This document shows positions 28,842 to 38,248 of a stretch of DNA of 63,092 nucleotides, in pieces; position 1 is the first letter of the stretch; each line of letters begins with the position of its first letter. This stretch comes from a virus (lineage: Duplodnaviria; Caudoviricetes): positions 1 to 63,092 of IMG/VR virus record IMGVR_UViG_3300005805_000087. The stretch is one strand, 5' to 3'. The notes beneath the pieces are model-generated. The model was given only the letters and a program-made list of their open reading frames with translations. It made no database searches and had not been told where the DNA came from. Both the position numbers and the translations under genes were made by a program.

Positions 28842-30451
28842 TGCAACCACTAAATAGAAACGAACAAGTACAGGAGATCATCCGTTGCGGAAAAGATCCC
28901 GTGTACTTCATGAAAAATTATGTAAAGATCCAGCATACAGTGCGTGGTCTTATACCATTTGAAACGTATGATTTTCAGGACGATTGTGTCAAAAACTTTG
29001 AAGAACATCGCTTCAATATAGTTCTTAAATCACGTCAGCTAGGTCTATCGACAGTTACAGCTGCGTATGCTGTTTGGTTTGCTATTTTCAAAAAGGACAA
29101 GAACATCCTGGTTATTGCTACTAAGCTGTCAACGGCAATGAACTTCATCAAAAAGGTGAAGATTATGTTGGATGGTCTTCCCAAGTGGTTGTTGCTTACC
29201 AAGTTTGAACCAACCAAGCAGTCTATCTCTTTTGATAATGGCTCTCAAATAACAGCCATTCCAACGTCTCCCGACGCCGGTCGTTCTGAAGCGTTGTCTC
29301 TTCTTATTGTCGATGAGGCAGCGTTTATTAGAGACTTCGAAGACATCTGGACCGGTCTATATCCTACCCTATCCACCGGTGGTAATGCCGTCATCATCTC
29401 GACTCCAAACGGCGTTGGTGGACAATATTATCGACTATGGATGGAAGGTGAAACCAAGCAGAACGAGTTTAATACCATCAAACTTCCTTGGTGGGTTCAT
29501 CCTGAGCACGATGACGATTGGTTCGCAAAAGAGACCCGCAACCTTCCGAAGAGAAAAGTTGCTCAAGAGTTTCTTTGTGACTTTATCTCTTCTGGTGACA
29601 CATTCCTCCAGCCAAGCGAACTTGAAGCGATTAGAGAATCTATACGTCCTCCATTAGAAAAGAGTGGTCCTCAAAGCGCAGTTTGGATTTGGCGTCGGCC
29701 CGAACCTGGAAAAAAGTATGTTATTGCTTCTGACGTTGCCCGTGGAGATGCGGGAGATTTTTCTACTTTTCATATCGTAGACAATGAAACATGCGAAGTT
29801 GTCGGCGAATACATGGGAAAAATACCCCCAGATAAATTGGCGGACTTGTTATTCGAATATGGTAAGCTCTATAATGATGCTTTGATATGCCCAGAACAAA
29901 ACACATTCGGATACTTTACCTGTACAAAACTACGCGATGATGGATATCCCCGTCTTTATTACCAAGGCGCTTCAGGAGATCCATTCGAGCATCGCCCAAC
30001 CGACCCCAACGCAGTGCCAGGCTTTTCTACACAGGCCAAGACCCGTTCTCAAATACTTGCAAAATTAGAAGAGTTAGCAAGGAACAATAAAATAAAGGTT
30101 TATTCTCAAAGGCTTTATGACCAACTACAGGCCTTCGTTTGGAATGGGTCTAGAGCTCAAGCAGCAAAAGATGCACATGACGATTTGATTATGAGCTTGG
30201 CCATTGCAACTTGGTTGGTTGCAGGAGACTCAGGCTTCAGTGAACAGGCAACTGCGCTTGCTATGGCTATGTTGAAAGCAACAAAAGTCGATCGTAGAAA
30301 TGATATGCCTGGTGATGTTTCTTCTGTAAGGCCTGTACCAAATTCAATGTCTAGAACTTATCACCCGACGCCGCAAGATGTGCATAAACCAAAAGATCCA
30401 TCACAAGTTCGACACGTTGATGTCTCAGACTTTTCTTGGCTCTACCGCTGA
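28841..30451 (+). CDS. terL: Terminase large subunit (T4 gp17-like)
   Basis: DPVYFMKNYVKI, LKSRQLGLST, Walker B LLIVDEAAF, ISTPNG, QEFLCDF, nuclease motifs ASDVARG and HDDLIMSLA. Confidence 0.95.
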   Translation: MQPLNRNEQVQEIIRCGKDPVYFMKNYVKIQHTVRGLIPFETYDFQDDCVKNFEEHRFNIVLKSRQLGLSTVTAAYAVWFAIFKKDKNILVIATKLSTAMNFIKKVKIMLDGLPKWLLLTKFEPTKQSISFDNGSQITAIPTSPDAGRSEALSLLIVDEAAFIRDFEDIWTGLYPTLSTGGNAVIISTPNGVGGQYYRLWMEGETKQNEFNTIKLPWWVHPEHDDDWFAKETRNLPKRKVAQEFLCDFISSGDTFLQPSELEAIRESIRPPLEKSGPQSAVWIWRRPEPGKKYVIASDVARGDAGDFSTFHIVDNETCEVVGEYMGKIPPDKLADLLFEYGKLYNDALICPEQNTFGYFTCTKLRDDGYPRLYYQGASGDPFEHRPTDPNAVPGFSTQAKTRSQILAKLEELARNNKIKVYSQRLYDQLQAFVWNGSRAQAAKDAHDDLIMSLAIATWLVAGDSGFSEQATALAMAMLKATKVDRRNDMPGDVSSVRPVPNSMSRTYHPTPQDVHKPKDPSQVRHVDVSDFSWLYR

Positions 30452-30495
30452 TAATTGTTAAGCAAGCTAATATCTATTAGCGGTAGAGGATTAAT

Positions 30496-30816
30496 ATGTC
30501 CAAGATCACGATTACAGAACTTCGTAAAATTATTGCTGAAGAGATAAAAAACCTCCAAGAAGGCGTCAATGAAGACCAGGCTGCTGCGATGGCATCAAAC
30601 GCCAGCAAGCTTCTCAAGGCCATTGAATCTTTTAAAGAAGTTGCGACAGCAAAAGCAAAAGCTGATCTCGGAGACCATGTCGATGAAACTGAAAAGCTGT
30701 TGAAAAGAATCATCGCTTCTCCAATGCAGTACGTCGATATGCCAAAACCAACTGTAAGTAAAGTCACTCTTAAGCCAGGTGAAAAACCTGCAGCTGAAGA
30801 AAAGAAGGTAGTCTGA
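30496..30816 (+). CDS. Small protein with shared N-terminal leader (putative head/internal protein)
   Basis: MSKITITELRKIIAEEIKNLQEG; ATATCTA at 30470; GAGGA RBS. Confidence 0.65.
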   Translation: MSKITITELRKIIAEEIKNLQEGVNEDQAAAMASNASKLLKAIESFKEVATAKAKADLGDHVDETEKLLKRIIASPMQYVDMPKPTVSKVTLKPGEKPAAEEKKVV

Positions 30817-30893
30817 CGGGTATACGATAAAATTTTTGTAGTTATTATTCTTGAAAGAAAGAGCCCAATCCAAGATAGGAAGGGCAAAAAAAT

Positions 30894-32873
30894 ATGGCAA
30901 GAGAATCACAACAATCATTATTTCAACGCCTCTCAAAGCTCTTCAAGAGTGGTCCTGTCGTAAAGCGTAAGATTCGGACACTTGATACAACAATAGCCGT
31001 CGCAGATAAGACTAAGTCTTCTGGCGCTTTGTTATTTCAAAAGTCGTTAGCACCAACTTACGCTACGATTACTGCGAATGCTTATAACCTCTCAGAGCGC
31101 CTGATGAGGTACCAAGACTTCAGCGAGATGGAATACACTCCTGAAATTGCTGCCGCTCTTGACATCTATGCCGATGAGACAGTAGCACAGGATGATAAAG
31201 GCAGGGTCCTCCACATCTACTCAGATAACGAAAGAATAAAAGAAATTCTTGAGGATCTTTTCTACAATACCCTTAACGTCGAGTTCAACCTCCGTTCGTG
31301 GGCAAGAAACCTTTGCAAGTATGGAGACTTCTTTCTCTATAACGACGTGTCGCCACAGTATGGTGTAATTAATGCGTTTCCAATTCCAGTCAATGAATTA
31401 GAGCGTGAAGAGAACTATGATCCGAACGATCCTTTTGCAGTCCGCTATCGCTGGGTTACATTAGGTAATAGAACCCTTGAAAACTGGGAGGTTACCCACT
31501 TCCGCCTCCTCGGCAATGACATGTTCCTTCCCTATGGCTCATCTATCATCGAGGCCGCGCGTCGTATCTGGCGTCAGTTGATCCTTATTGAAGATGCGAT
31601 GTTGGTCTATCGTGTTGTCCGTGCACCCGAACGCCGCGTCTTTTACATTGATGTTGCGAACATTCCTCCTGAAAATGTTCCCATGTACGTTGAAGAGCAG
31701 AGAAAGAATCTTCGTACGAATCAGGTTGTTGATAAGGCAACAGGTCGTCTCGACCTTCGTTATGCGCCATTAAGCATTGAAGATGATTACTTCATTCCGG
31801 TCCGTGGTGGGGAATCTGGTACAAGGATTGATACCCTTGCTGGTGGTCAAAACGCTGCAGCAGTTGAAGACGTCGCCTACATTCAAAAGAAGCTCTTTGC
31901 TGCTCTTAAGGTTCCACGTGCCTACCTCGGTTATGATGAGATGTTGTCTTCCAAGGCAACATTGGCACAAGAGGATATCCGTTTCTCTAGGACCATCAAC
32001 GTAATCCAGAAGGTCCTCATATCCGAGCTAAATAAACTCGCGATAATCCACCTATATTCCAATGGGTTTGATTCTGAAGATTTACAGAACTTTACCCTGC
32101 ACCTCTCTAATCCATCGACCGTCGCCCAGCAACAGAAGCTTGAGCTATGGCGTTCTAAGTTTGAGATCGCTGGAACTGTCCCTGAAGGCATGGGCAGTAA
32201 GCAGTTTATTCGCAAGATGATCTGGGGCCTCAATGATGAGCAGATTGAAGAGATTGATGAACAACGTTACCTTGAGAAAATTGTTGATACTGCGATAGAA
32301 AATGCAAAACCTGAAGAAGAAGCTGCTGAAGCAGTAGAAGCTCCGGCCGAAGAGGAAGCTGGTGAAGAAGAGACAGGCGAAGAAGCTACGGGCGAGGAAG
32401 AAGGTGGTCTTTTCGCAGGTGATGATATCGAAGAAAAAGAACCCGGAATTGACCTTTTAACAGCGGGTGATGAACCCGATTTAATGCCGTCTTTACTTGA
32501 AAAAGATAAACTACCAGTTAAGCCGATGTCAAGATTAAAGAAGGCGATGTATGACAGTTCTCGTAGAAAAAAACATGCCTTGCATGAACCTGATTTCGTC
32601 AAGATGACATCGCACGATGGAAATGGTATGGATGATCCATTTGATAAAGGGTGGATGAAATCTGTTGTAGGTAATCCGTTCAAAGAATCTCATCAAAAAT
32701 CTTCGTCTTTACGTGTAGCATTACCACCTGATTTACAATCAACACTTGCTAAGATGTCCACTAAAATGCAGAGTGCAATGCCTGCTAAAACCGAACTTCT
32801 ATCTGAAGAAAAAAATTCAGAATTGATTTTAAATGAACAAGAGAACAACTTACTTATTTTAGATGAAGAGTGA
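30894..32873 (+). CDS. Portal protein (T4 gp20-like)
   Basis: LIEDAMLVYRVVRAPERRVFYIDV, EDDYFIPVRG, IDTLAGG, DVAYIQKKLFAALKVP; acidic C-terminal extension. Confidence 0.95.
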   Translation: MARESQQSLFQRLSKLFKSGPVVKRKIRTLDTTIAVADKTKSSGALLFQKSLAPTYATITANAYNLSERLMRYQDFSEMEYTPEIAAALDIYADETVAQDDKGRVLHIYSDNERIKEILEDLFYNTLNVEFNLRSWARNLCKYGDFFLYNDVSPQYGVINAFPIPVNELEREENYDPNDPFAVRYRWVTLGNRTLENWEVTHFRLLGNDMFLPYGSSIIEAARRIWRQLILIEDAMLVYRVVRAPERRVFYIDVANIPPENVPMYVEEQRKNLRTNQVVDKATGRLDLRYAPLSIEDDYFIPVRGGESGTRIDTLAGGQNAAAVEDVAYIQKKLFAALKVPRAYLGYDEMLSSKATLAQEDIRFSRTINVIQKVLISELNKLAIIHLYSNGFDSEDLQNFTLHLSNPSTVAQQQKLELWRSKFEIAGTVPEGMGSKQFIRKMIWGLNDEQIEEIDEQRYLEKIVDTAIENAKPEEEAAEAVEAPAEEEAGEEETGEEATGEEEGGLFAGDDIEEKEPGIDLLTAGDEPDLMPSLLEKDKLPVKPMSRLKKAMYDSSRRKKHALHEPDFVKMTSHDGNGMDDPFDKGWMKSVVGNPFKESHQKSSSLRVALPPDLQSTLAKMSTKMQSAMPAKTELLSEEKNSELILNEQENNLLILDEE

Positions 32874-32884
32874 AAGGTCGACCG

Positions 32885-33754
32885 ATGACAAGATCCCACA
32901 ACAAGAAAAGAAATACGGCTCTATTATATGAGTTCTTGGTCCGTACAATCTCTAGTGCTTTAGTCGAGGGTGACAAAAAAAAGTCAGCTCTAGCACTAAG
33001 AATTTTGCGTAGGCACTTCAAGCCTGGCACTCAGCTTTATAAAGAGTTTAGGCTCTTTAATGCTCTTGTAAAGACAACAGTAAGTTCTGATAATGTTGCT
33101 TCATCTATTATTTCAGAGGCTCGTAATGCAGCGACAACGGCGGATCTGGCAGCGCTTGACCGCGAAAAGTCCTTGCTTATTCGTAGCATTAACCACATGA
33201 TTAAAGATGAAAACTTTTATGATCAGCCAATTGCCGAGTATCGTCTTTATGCCACCATCCAAACTCTTTTGAATGAGTGGAGAAAGCCAGTTGGTACAGC
33301 GGACATTGTTGCTCTCGCGAATTATGAAGAGCAATTACGCGGTTGGCTGGTTACAGAAAAGAAGAAAGAAGAGCAGACAGTCCTTGACGAGACCCCTGGT
33401 ACAACTCGTCTTCTCATGAAGGTCATGATGAAGAAGCTCAATGAAAAGTATTCTAATGCTCTCAATAACGAACAGCGTGAAATCATTAAGGCTTATGCTT
33501 TTTCTACCGCTAATGAGGATCAAACAACAATTAAGAAAAAGCTTGAAGAAATTCGAGGCAATCTTCTTGAGTCCATCGACCAATACATTGATCAAAAGAA
33601 GGAAGATAAGTTTATCGCCACTAAGATGCAGGACGCAAAGTCCAAAATCATATCCGAGTCTCTTGAGAGTGTAGACGACTCGACCGTATCTAAGTTTATG
33701 TTGTTTTCTACATTACGCCACGAGCTCACATCGAGCGAAGGAGAAGAGTCATGA
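32885..33754 (+). CDS. Hypothetical head-module protein
   Basis: About 290 aa helical ORF between portal and protease, starting HNKKRNTALLYEFL. Confidence 0.65.
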   Translation: MTRSHNKKRNTALLYEFLVRTISSALVEGDKKKSALALRILRRHFKPGTQLYKEFRLFNALVKTTVSSDNVASSIISEARNAATTADLAALDREKSLLIRSINHMIKDENFYDQPIAEYRLYATIQTLLNEWRKPVGTADIVALANYEEQLRGWLVTEKKKEEQTVLDETPGTTRLLMKVMMKKLNEKYSNALNNEQREIIKAYAFSTANEDQTTIKKKLEEIRGNLLESIDQYIDQKKEDKFIATKMQDAKSKIISESLESVDDSTVSKFMLFSTLRHELTSSEGEES

Positions 33755-34362
33755 AAGACTTACGTTTATTAAATTCATATGAGGTCTTCGATTACACACC
33801 GGAGATGATCAAAGAGTCCCGCGAAAAGAACAACGGCAAGGTAATGATGAAGGGTATCCTACAAAAGGCGGACACCCTAAACCAAAATGGTCGTATCTAT
33901 CCAATCCACGTCCTCGAGCGTGAAGTCCGCAATTATCAAAAGTTTATCGTCGAAAATCGTGCGCTTGGTGAGCTCGACCACCCAGATTCATCTGTTGTCA
34001 ACCTTAAGAATGTTTCCCATGTTGTGCGAGAAGCATACCTCGAAGGTGGAACAGTCTTTGGAACTGTCGAACTACTTGACACGCCATCCGGTAAGATTCT
34101 CCAGTCTCTTGTCGAATCAGGCGTAAAGCTTGGTATCTCTTCACGAGGTGTGGGATCGACCAAGAAGCAAGGTGATTATCACGTCGTTCAGGACGATTTC
34201 CAGTTAATCTGCTGGGACTATGTTTCGGAACCCTCGACCCCCGGCGCATTTATGTTGCCAGAAGGTCGTCGGATAACCCAGGCCGAGCTCCAGAAGGTTT
34301 TCAATAAATCCGATAGGATTGACAGAATCCTAAATGACATCATTTCTTTTGGAGGTAAGTGA
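33751..34362 (+). CDS. Prohead core protease (T4 gp21-like)
   Basis: NQNGRIYP, ALGELDHP, VSHVV, GISSRGVGS, DYVSEPSTPGAF. Confidence 0.95.
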   Translation: MKDLRLLNSYEVFDYTPEMIKESREKNNGKVMMKGILQKADTLNQNGRIYPIHVLEREVRNYQKFIVENRALGELDHPDSSVVNLKNVSHVVREAYLEGGTVFGTVELLDTPSGKILQSLVESGVKLGISSRGVGSTKKQGDYHVVQDDFQLICWDYVSEPSTPGAFMLPEGRRITQAELQKVFNKSDRIDRILNDIISFGGK

Positions 34363-34364
34363 CC

Positions 34365-34772
34365 ATGGGTTTAAAAGATCCTCGTATAGGTTTTAACTCC
34401 GTTACGGAGTTCATGGGATCTGGGCTACCATGGGTTACATCTTCCGTGATATTACCTGGTGTTACATACCGTTATGAATTTAAAAAACTATCAAAACGTG
34501 TATTTGTTTGGAACCACAATACAGGTAGTAATATCCACGTTAGAGTAGGTTTTACTCGAAATGGTGTTGAGTTAGGCAATTATTTCAAGATTGATGGTGG
34601 CGAACAATTTGAATTTGATTCAAGAGTAAAAGAAGTATTTCTACGCTCTGATACCGCGATTGACAGCCACCCTATTAGTATTTTTGCTGAACTCGTAGGC
34701 ATCGATGCAAGTATGATGCCGATTTTAACAGGCTCTGTAGACGGCACCGCATTCTGGGAAGGCATAGGTTGA
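34365..34772 (+). CDS. Small beta-rich virion protein, paralog of 61238-61633
   Basis: Shares P(W/F)VTSS, GFT.NG, NYF, LTGS and G(I/V)G* with the 61238 ORF. Confidence 0.6.
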   Translation: MGLKDPRIGFNSVTEFMGSGLPWVTSSVILPGVTYRYEFKKLSKRVFVWNHNTGSNIHVRVGFTRNGVELGNYFKIDGGEQFEFDSRVKEVFLRSDTAIDSHPISIFAELVGIDASMMPILTGSVDGTAFWEGIG

Positions 34773-34773
34773 T

Positions 34774-35217
34774 ATGGGTATTACTAAAAAAGAATTAAAA
34801 GCTATTGTTAAAGAATGTCTTGTAGAGATTCTTGCCGAAGGTATAGGTTCTTCCACTGGCTCGGCCATTAATGAAGCTAAAAAGGTTTCTGCAAAAGCGA
34901 CACCCTCTGTTTCAACAGTGATGCGTCAAAACGCATCTCGTGTAAAAATACAACCCCCAGCCCCAACGGCTGCGCTTAAAGAAGCAATTCGTCAGAATGC
35001 TGGAAATAATGATGTCATGGCAGCAATACTCGCCGACACCGCCGCCACAACCTTACCAACGATGCTAGAAAATGATGGTTCTCGATCGGCAAGACCTGCG
35101 CCTACAGGCGCAGCCGAAAGAGTAGTGGCATCATATGCTCCTGAAGAGTTATTTGGTGAAGAGGCTGCTTCTAAATGGGCCGACCTCGCATTTATGGGCA
35201 TGCCTAACAAAGGGTGA
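34774..35217 (+). CDS. Hypothetical head-module protein with leader variant
   Basis: MGITKKELKAIVKECLVEILAEG. Confidence 0.65.
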   Translation: MGITKKELKAIVKECLVEILAEGIGSSTGSAINEAKKVSAKATPSVSTVMRQNASRVKIQPPAPTAALKEAIRQNAGNNDVMAAILADTAATTLPTMLENDGSRSARPAPTGAAERVVASYAPEELFGEEAASKWADLAFMGMPNKG

Positions 35218-35277
35218 TATTTTTTTTCAAATTTCATTTTGAACGCAATATTTAGCAATGTTGCAGGGAGAATTAAC

Positions 35278-35523
35278 ATGAAACTTACAAGCGAATTACT
35301 CAAGAAGATCATTGCAGAAGAAGTTGCCAAGTTCGGCGACGAGGTTTCCACAGTTGACGCAGCTAAGGAAACAGAGGAGCTCGAGGCTGATGAAATGGGC
35401 TCCGATAAAGCCCTCGAGAAGAAGATTGATTACATCAAGGCTCTCAAGATTGAAGAGTCTCGTCTTCGCGCTCGCCTCAAGAAGGTTGTTGAGACACGCT
35501 CACGCGTCGCTCGCAGCATCTGA
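35278..35523 (+). CDS. Small head-module protein with shared leader
   Basis: MKLTSELLKKIIAEEV; GGGAG RBS; ATATTTA at 35248. Confidence 0.7.
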   Translation: MKLTSELLKKIIAEEVAKFGDEVSTVDAAKETEELEADEMGSDKALEKKIDYIKALKIEESRLRARLKKVVETRSRVARSI

Positions 35524-35560
35524 GTTAATCATTTATAATTGAATTCGAAAGGCGACTATT

Positions 35561-36058
35561 ATGGGAACACCAGGCAGCGGACGATATACAACTTACATTC
35601 CTGTTAAAAGCTCCAGGAATGACAGGCTAAGCAAGCTTTTTAAAAATTCAGGTGACATTTACTCTGATGCCGAAAGCAATGCGAAAGCCGCTGAAGCAGC
35701 TGTTGCGACCCGAAATACAGCTGTGACTGGTAAAGGTGACGTAGATCTATTCGGCAATGGAGTAGATCTTACCTACGGTGTTGCCACAGAGACTGTGCCA
35801 AACACAACAGAAGTCGCATGGACCAAAGCTGGTGACCCTGCAAACCCATATGTGCCGGATCTTTCATCACCCGGACCAGGTAGAACAGATGGAACAGAAA
35901 AGGATGTAGATCCAGGGCTTATGACAACTGATATTAAGCCAAACTTTGATCCAAACAATCCAAGTGTAAACACAACTTCTCCATCTGCAACAGCTCCTCG
36001 CCTTGGAACTACATCTTTAGGCGAAAATTTGCAACCAGGAAAGAGCTCGGTTATATAA
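35561..36058 (+). CDS. Hypothetical Pro/Gly/Thr-rich protein
   Basis: 165 aa ORF in the head module. Confidence 0.6.
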   Translation: MGTPGSGRYTTYIPVKSSRNDRLSKLFKNSGDIYSDAESNAKAAEAAVATRNTAVTGKGDVDLFGNGVDLTYGVATETVPNTTEVAWTKAGDPANPYVPDLSSPGPGRTDGTEKDVDPGLMTTDIKPNFDPNNPSVNTTSPSATAPRLGTTSLGENLQPGKSSVI

Positions 36059-36107
36059 TCTTATTATTGAATAATAGTTAATGAGTATAAGAGAGGCCTG
36101 AGAAAAT

Positions 36108-38216
36108 ATGTCAAAGCAGCTGTATGAAGAGGCGTTAGCCGATGTTAAAAAGTTGAAAGAGATTGCTGAAGATAATGCAAAGAAAGCATTGATTGAAGCT
36201 GTTTCTCCACGTATTAAAGACTTAATTGAGGCTGAGCTCCTTCGCGAGGCTGATGAAAAAGAAGATATGCAAGATGATCTTCTTTTAGACATAGGTCCTG
36301 AAAGCATGATGGCAGAACCAATGATGCCAGCAGATGTTGATGTTTCTGCTGCTATGTCTTTACCCGATGAAGAAGGAAAGGTTACTCTCGACCTTGACGC
36401 ATTAAACGTAGCACCAGCTGGCGAAGAATATGAGCTCAGCGCTGAGTCTGTTAAAATGATCAACCCAATAGTTGAAAAGATTAATTCAACAACAGCACTT
36501 AAGGTCGAGTCAAAGCTTTTCCAACTTGGAGAAGCGGTAGAAAAGTTTATGGAAGCTGATCAAAAGACAATTAAGTCTTCAGGCTTCCAGAAAAAGATCA
36601 ATGAGATGGTCTCGGAGATCGAAAGTTTATATGAATACCTGCAGGATTCTGCGGGCAGCCTTCAGGACAAGACTGTCTACGAAGGTAAGTTAGAGAAATT
36701 GTACAAACAACTTAACAAGCTCGTGGAGCAGGAAAACATGAAAAATTTGAAAGCATTGACAGAAGAGGATGTTACGCTAAAGTTAACCGGCATGCCAGAC
36801 GACGTCGACCTCGACGCCATCGGTGTTGACCTTATCACAGGTGAAGAAGGTGGCGAAGAAGCCGCTGAAGAAGCCGGTGAAGAAGGTGGCGAGGAAGAGG
36901 TTGAACTTGACCTCGGCGGCGAAGAAGAAGAGTCCGCAGGAGAAGAGAAAGAAGCTGGTGAGGAAGAGGTTGAAGCTACACAAGCTGAATCTGTTGAAAT
37001 GACAGACGACACGATTGTTGAAATCAGCGAGAGCATGCTCCGCCGCGAAATTGCTCGTATGCGCTCTCTTCGTGAAGGTGATGAAGAGAATGTGAACGCC
37101 TCTGGCCACGGAGCTGGCGAAGTTTCTGACGAGTTTATTGCAGATGATTTTGGCGACGCTCTCGAGCTCGACATTACAACCGAGGCTCAGGAACAAGACG
37201 AGGCCGAGGAACAAGATGAAATGAAACATATGAAGAAGCAAGCTCAAAAGAAGCAAGATGAGATGTATCAACAAGATGAAGCTGAAGACATGGAAGAAAT
37301 GTATGAGCTTGATCAAATGATGCATGGCGAAGCTGAAGAGCAAGACGAGGCTCAGGAACAAGACGAGGCTCAGATGAAGCAAGCTGTGGATCGCCCAGGC
37401 TCTCGTGGTCAAGCAACATCAGCAGGCCCAGGCGCAGGTTCCTCCAAGCGAGGTCGTTCGCCTGGAACAGACGTGGCAGAAGCTCAGAAACAGGATGAAG
37501 CTCAAGAGCAAGATGAAGCACAAGAGAAGAAGGACGAAAAGGTTCATGAAGCTCGCGCTCGTCTCTCACGTGAGATGAAAATCCAAGCTGAAGCTAAGAA
37601 GAAGGCAACTCAAGCCAAGAAGCAGCAGAAGGAAGCCCAGATGAAGTCTAAGAAGGCTCAGCAAGAGGCTCAAATGGCTGCTAAGAAGAAGCAAAAGCAA
37701 GAAGCTCAAAAGAAGCAACAAGAAGCTCAAAAGCAAGCCAAGCAAGCCAAGAAGATGGCTGAAGCTTACGCTTACTTTGCGAACGTCTTCAACGAGTCAG
37801 TGCGTCGCGCTGGCAAGTTACAATCGGTTCTTTCAGAGAGCCGCGATGAGGCAGTCCAGAATGGCGCCTCTACACAGTCCACGAAGGAGACTTCAGTCCT
37901 TCGTCAGAAGTTGGCAGAAACGAATCTGTTCAACACAAAACTTCTCTATTGCAACAAGCTCCTCCAGAACGAAGCCCTCACAAAGCGTCAGAAGGCGGAG
38001 ATCATCGAACGTCTCGATGAGGCGAAGAGCGAGAGAGAAGTCAAGCTCGTGTACGAAAGCCTAATCAAGGCACTCGGTGGCACATCTCGTCCAATGGTCG
38101 AAGGTGCACAACGCCGCGTCCTCGGTTCTTCTTCACAAGCAACACGTCCAGCATCGACCGTCATTAGCGAAGGCTATGAAGCAGATCGTTGGGCAAGACT
38201 CGCAGGTCTCAAGTGA
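36108..38216 (+). CDS. Prohead core/scaffold protein (functional analogue of T4 gp22)
   Basis: 702 aa, very acidic, coiled-coil, directly upstream of the major capsid gene; ends DRWARLAGLK. Confidence 0.75.
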   Translation: MSKQLYEEALADVKKLKEIAEDNAKKALIEAVSPRIKDLIEAELLREADEKEDMQDDLLLDIGPESMMAEPMMPADVDVSAAMSLPDEEGKVTLDLDALNVAPAGEEYELSAESVKMINPIVEKINSTTALKVESKLFQLGEAVEKFMEADQKTIKSSGFQKKINEMVSEIESLYEYLQDSAGSLQDKTVYEGKLEKLYKQLNKLVEQENMKNLKALTEEDVTLKLTGMPDDVDLDAIGVDLITGEEGGEEAAEEAGEEGGEEEVELDLGGEEEESAGEEKEAGEEEVEATQAESVEMTDDTIVEISESMLRREIARMRSLREGDEENVNASGHGAGEVSDEFIADDFGDALELDITTEAQEQDEAEEQDEMKHMKKQAQKKQDEMYQQDEAEDMEEMYELDQMMHGEAEEQDEAQEQDEAQMKQAVDRPGSRGQATSAGPGAGSSKRGRSPGTDVAEAQKQDEAQEQDEAQEKKDEKVHEARARLSREMKIQAEAKKKATQAKKQQKEAQMKSKKAQQEAQMAAKKKQKQEAQKKQQEAQKQAKQAKKMAEAYAYFANVFNESVRRAGKLQSVLSESRDEAVQNGASTQSTKETSVLRQKLAETNLFNTKLLYCNKLLQNEALTKRQKAEIIERLDEAKSEREVKLVYESLIKALGGTSRPMVEGAQRRVLGSSSQATRPASTVISEGYEADRWARLAGLK
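37182..37530 (+). repeat. Intragenic EAQEQD-type repeats
   Basis: Exact 23-mer GAGGCTCAGGAACAAGACGAGGC at 37182 and 37347, plus degenerate copies. Confidence 0.8.
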
Positions 38217-38248
38217 TTCGTTATTAACCAACTTTATTAGGAGAAAAA

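Noticed and set aside
28841-30451. Intein or intron in terminase or other core genes
   Set aside because: Lengths are ordinary and no splice-junction or embedded endonuclease motifs were seen
37182-37530. Repeats as a possible CRISPR or DGR element
   Set aside because: They are in frame, encode EAQEQD units, have no unique spacers, and no reverse transcriptase is nearby
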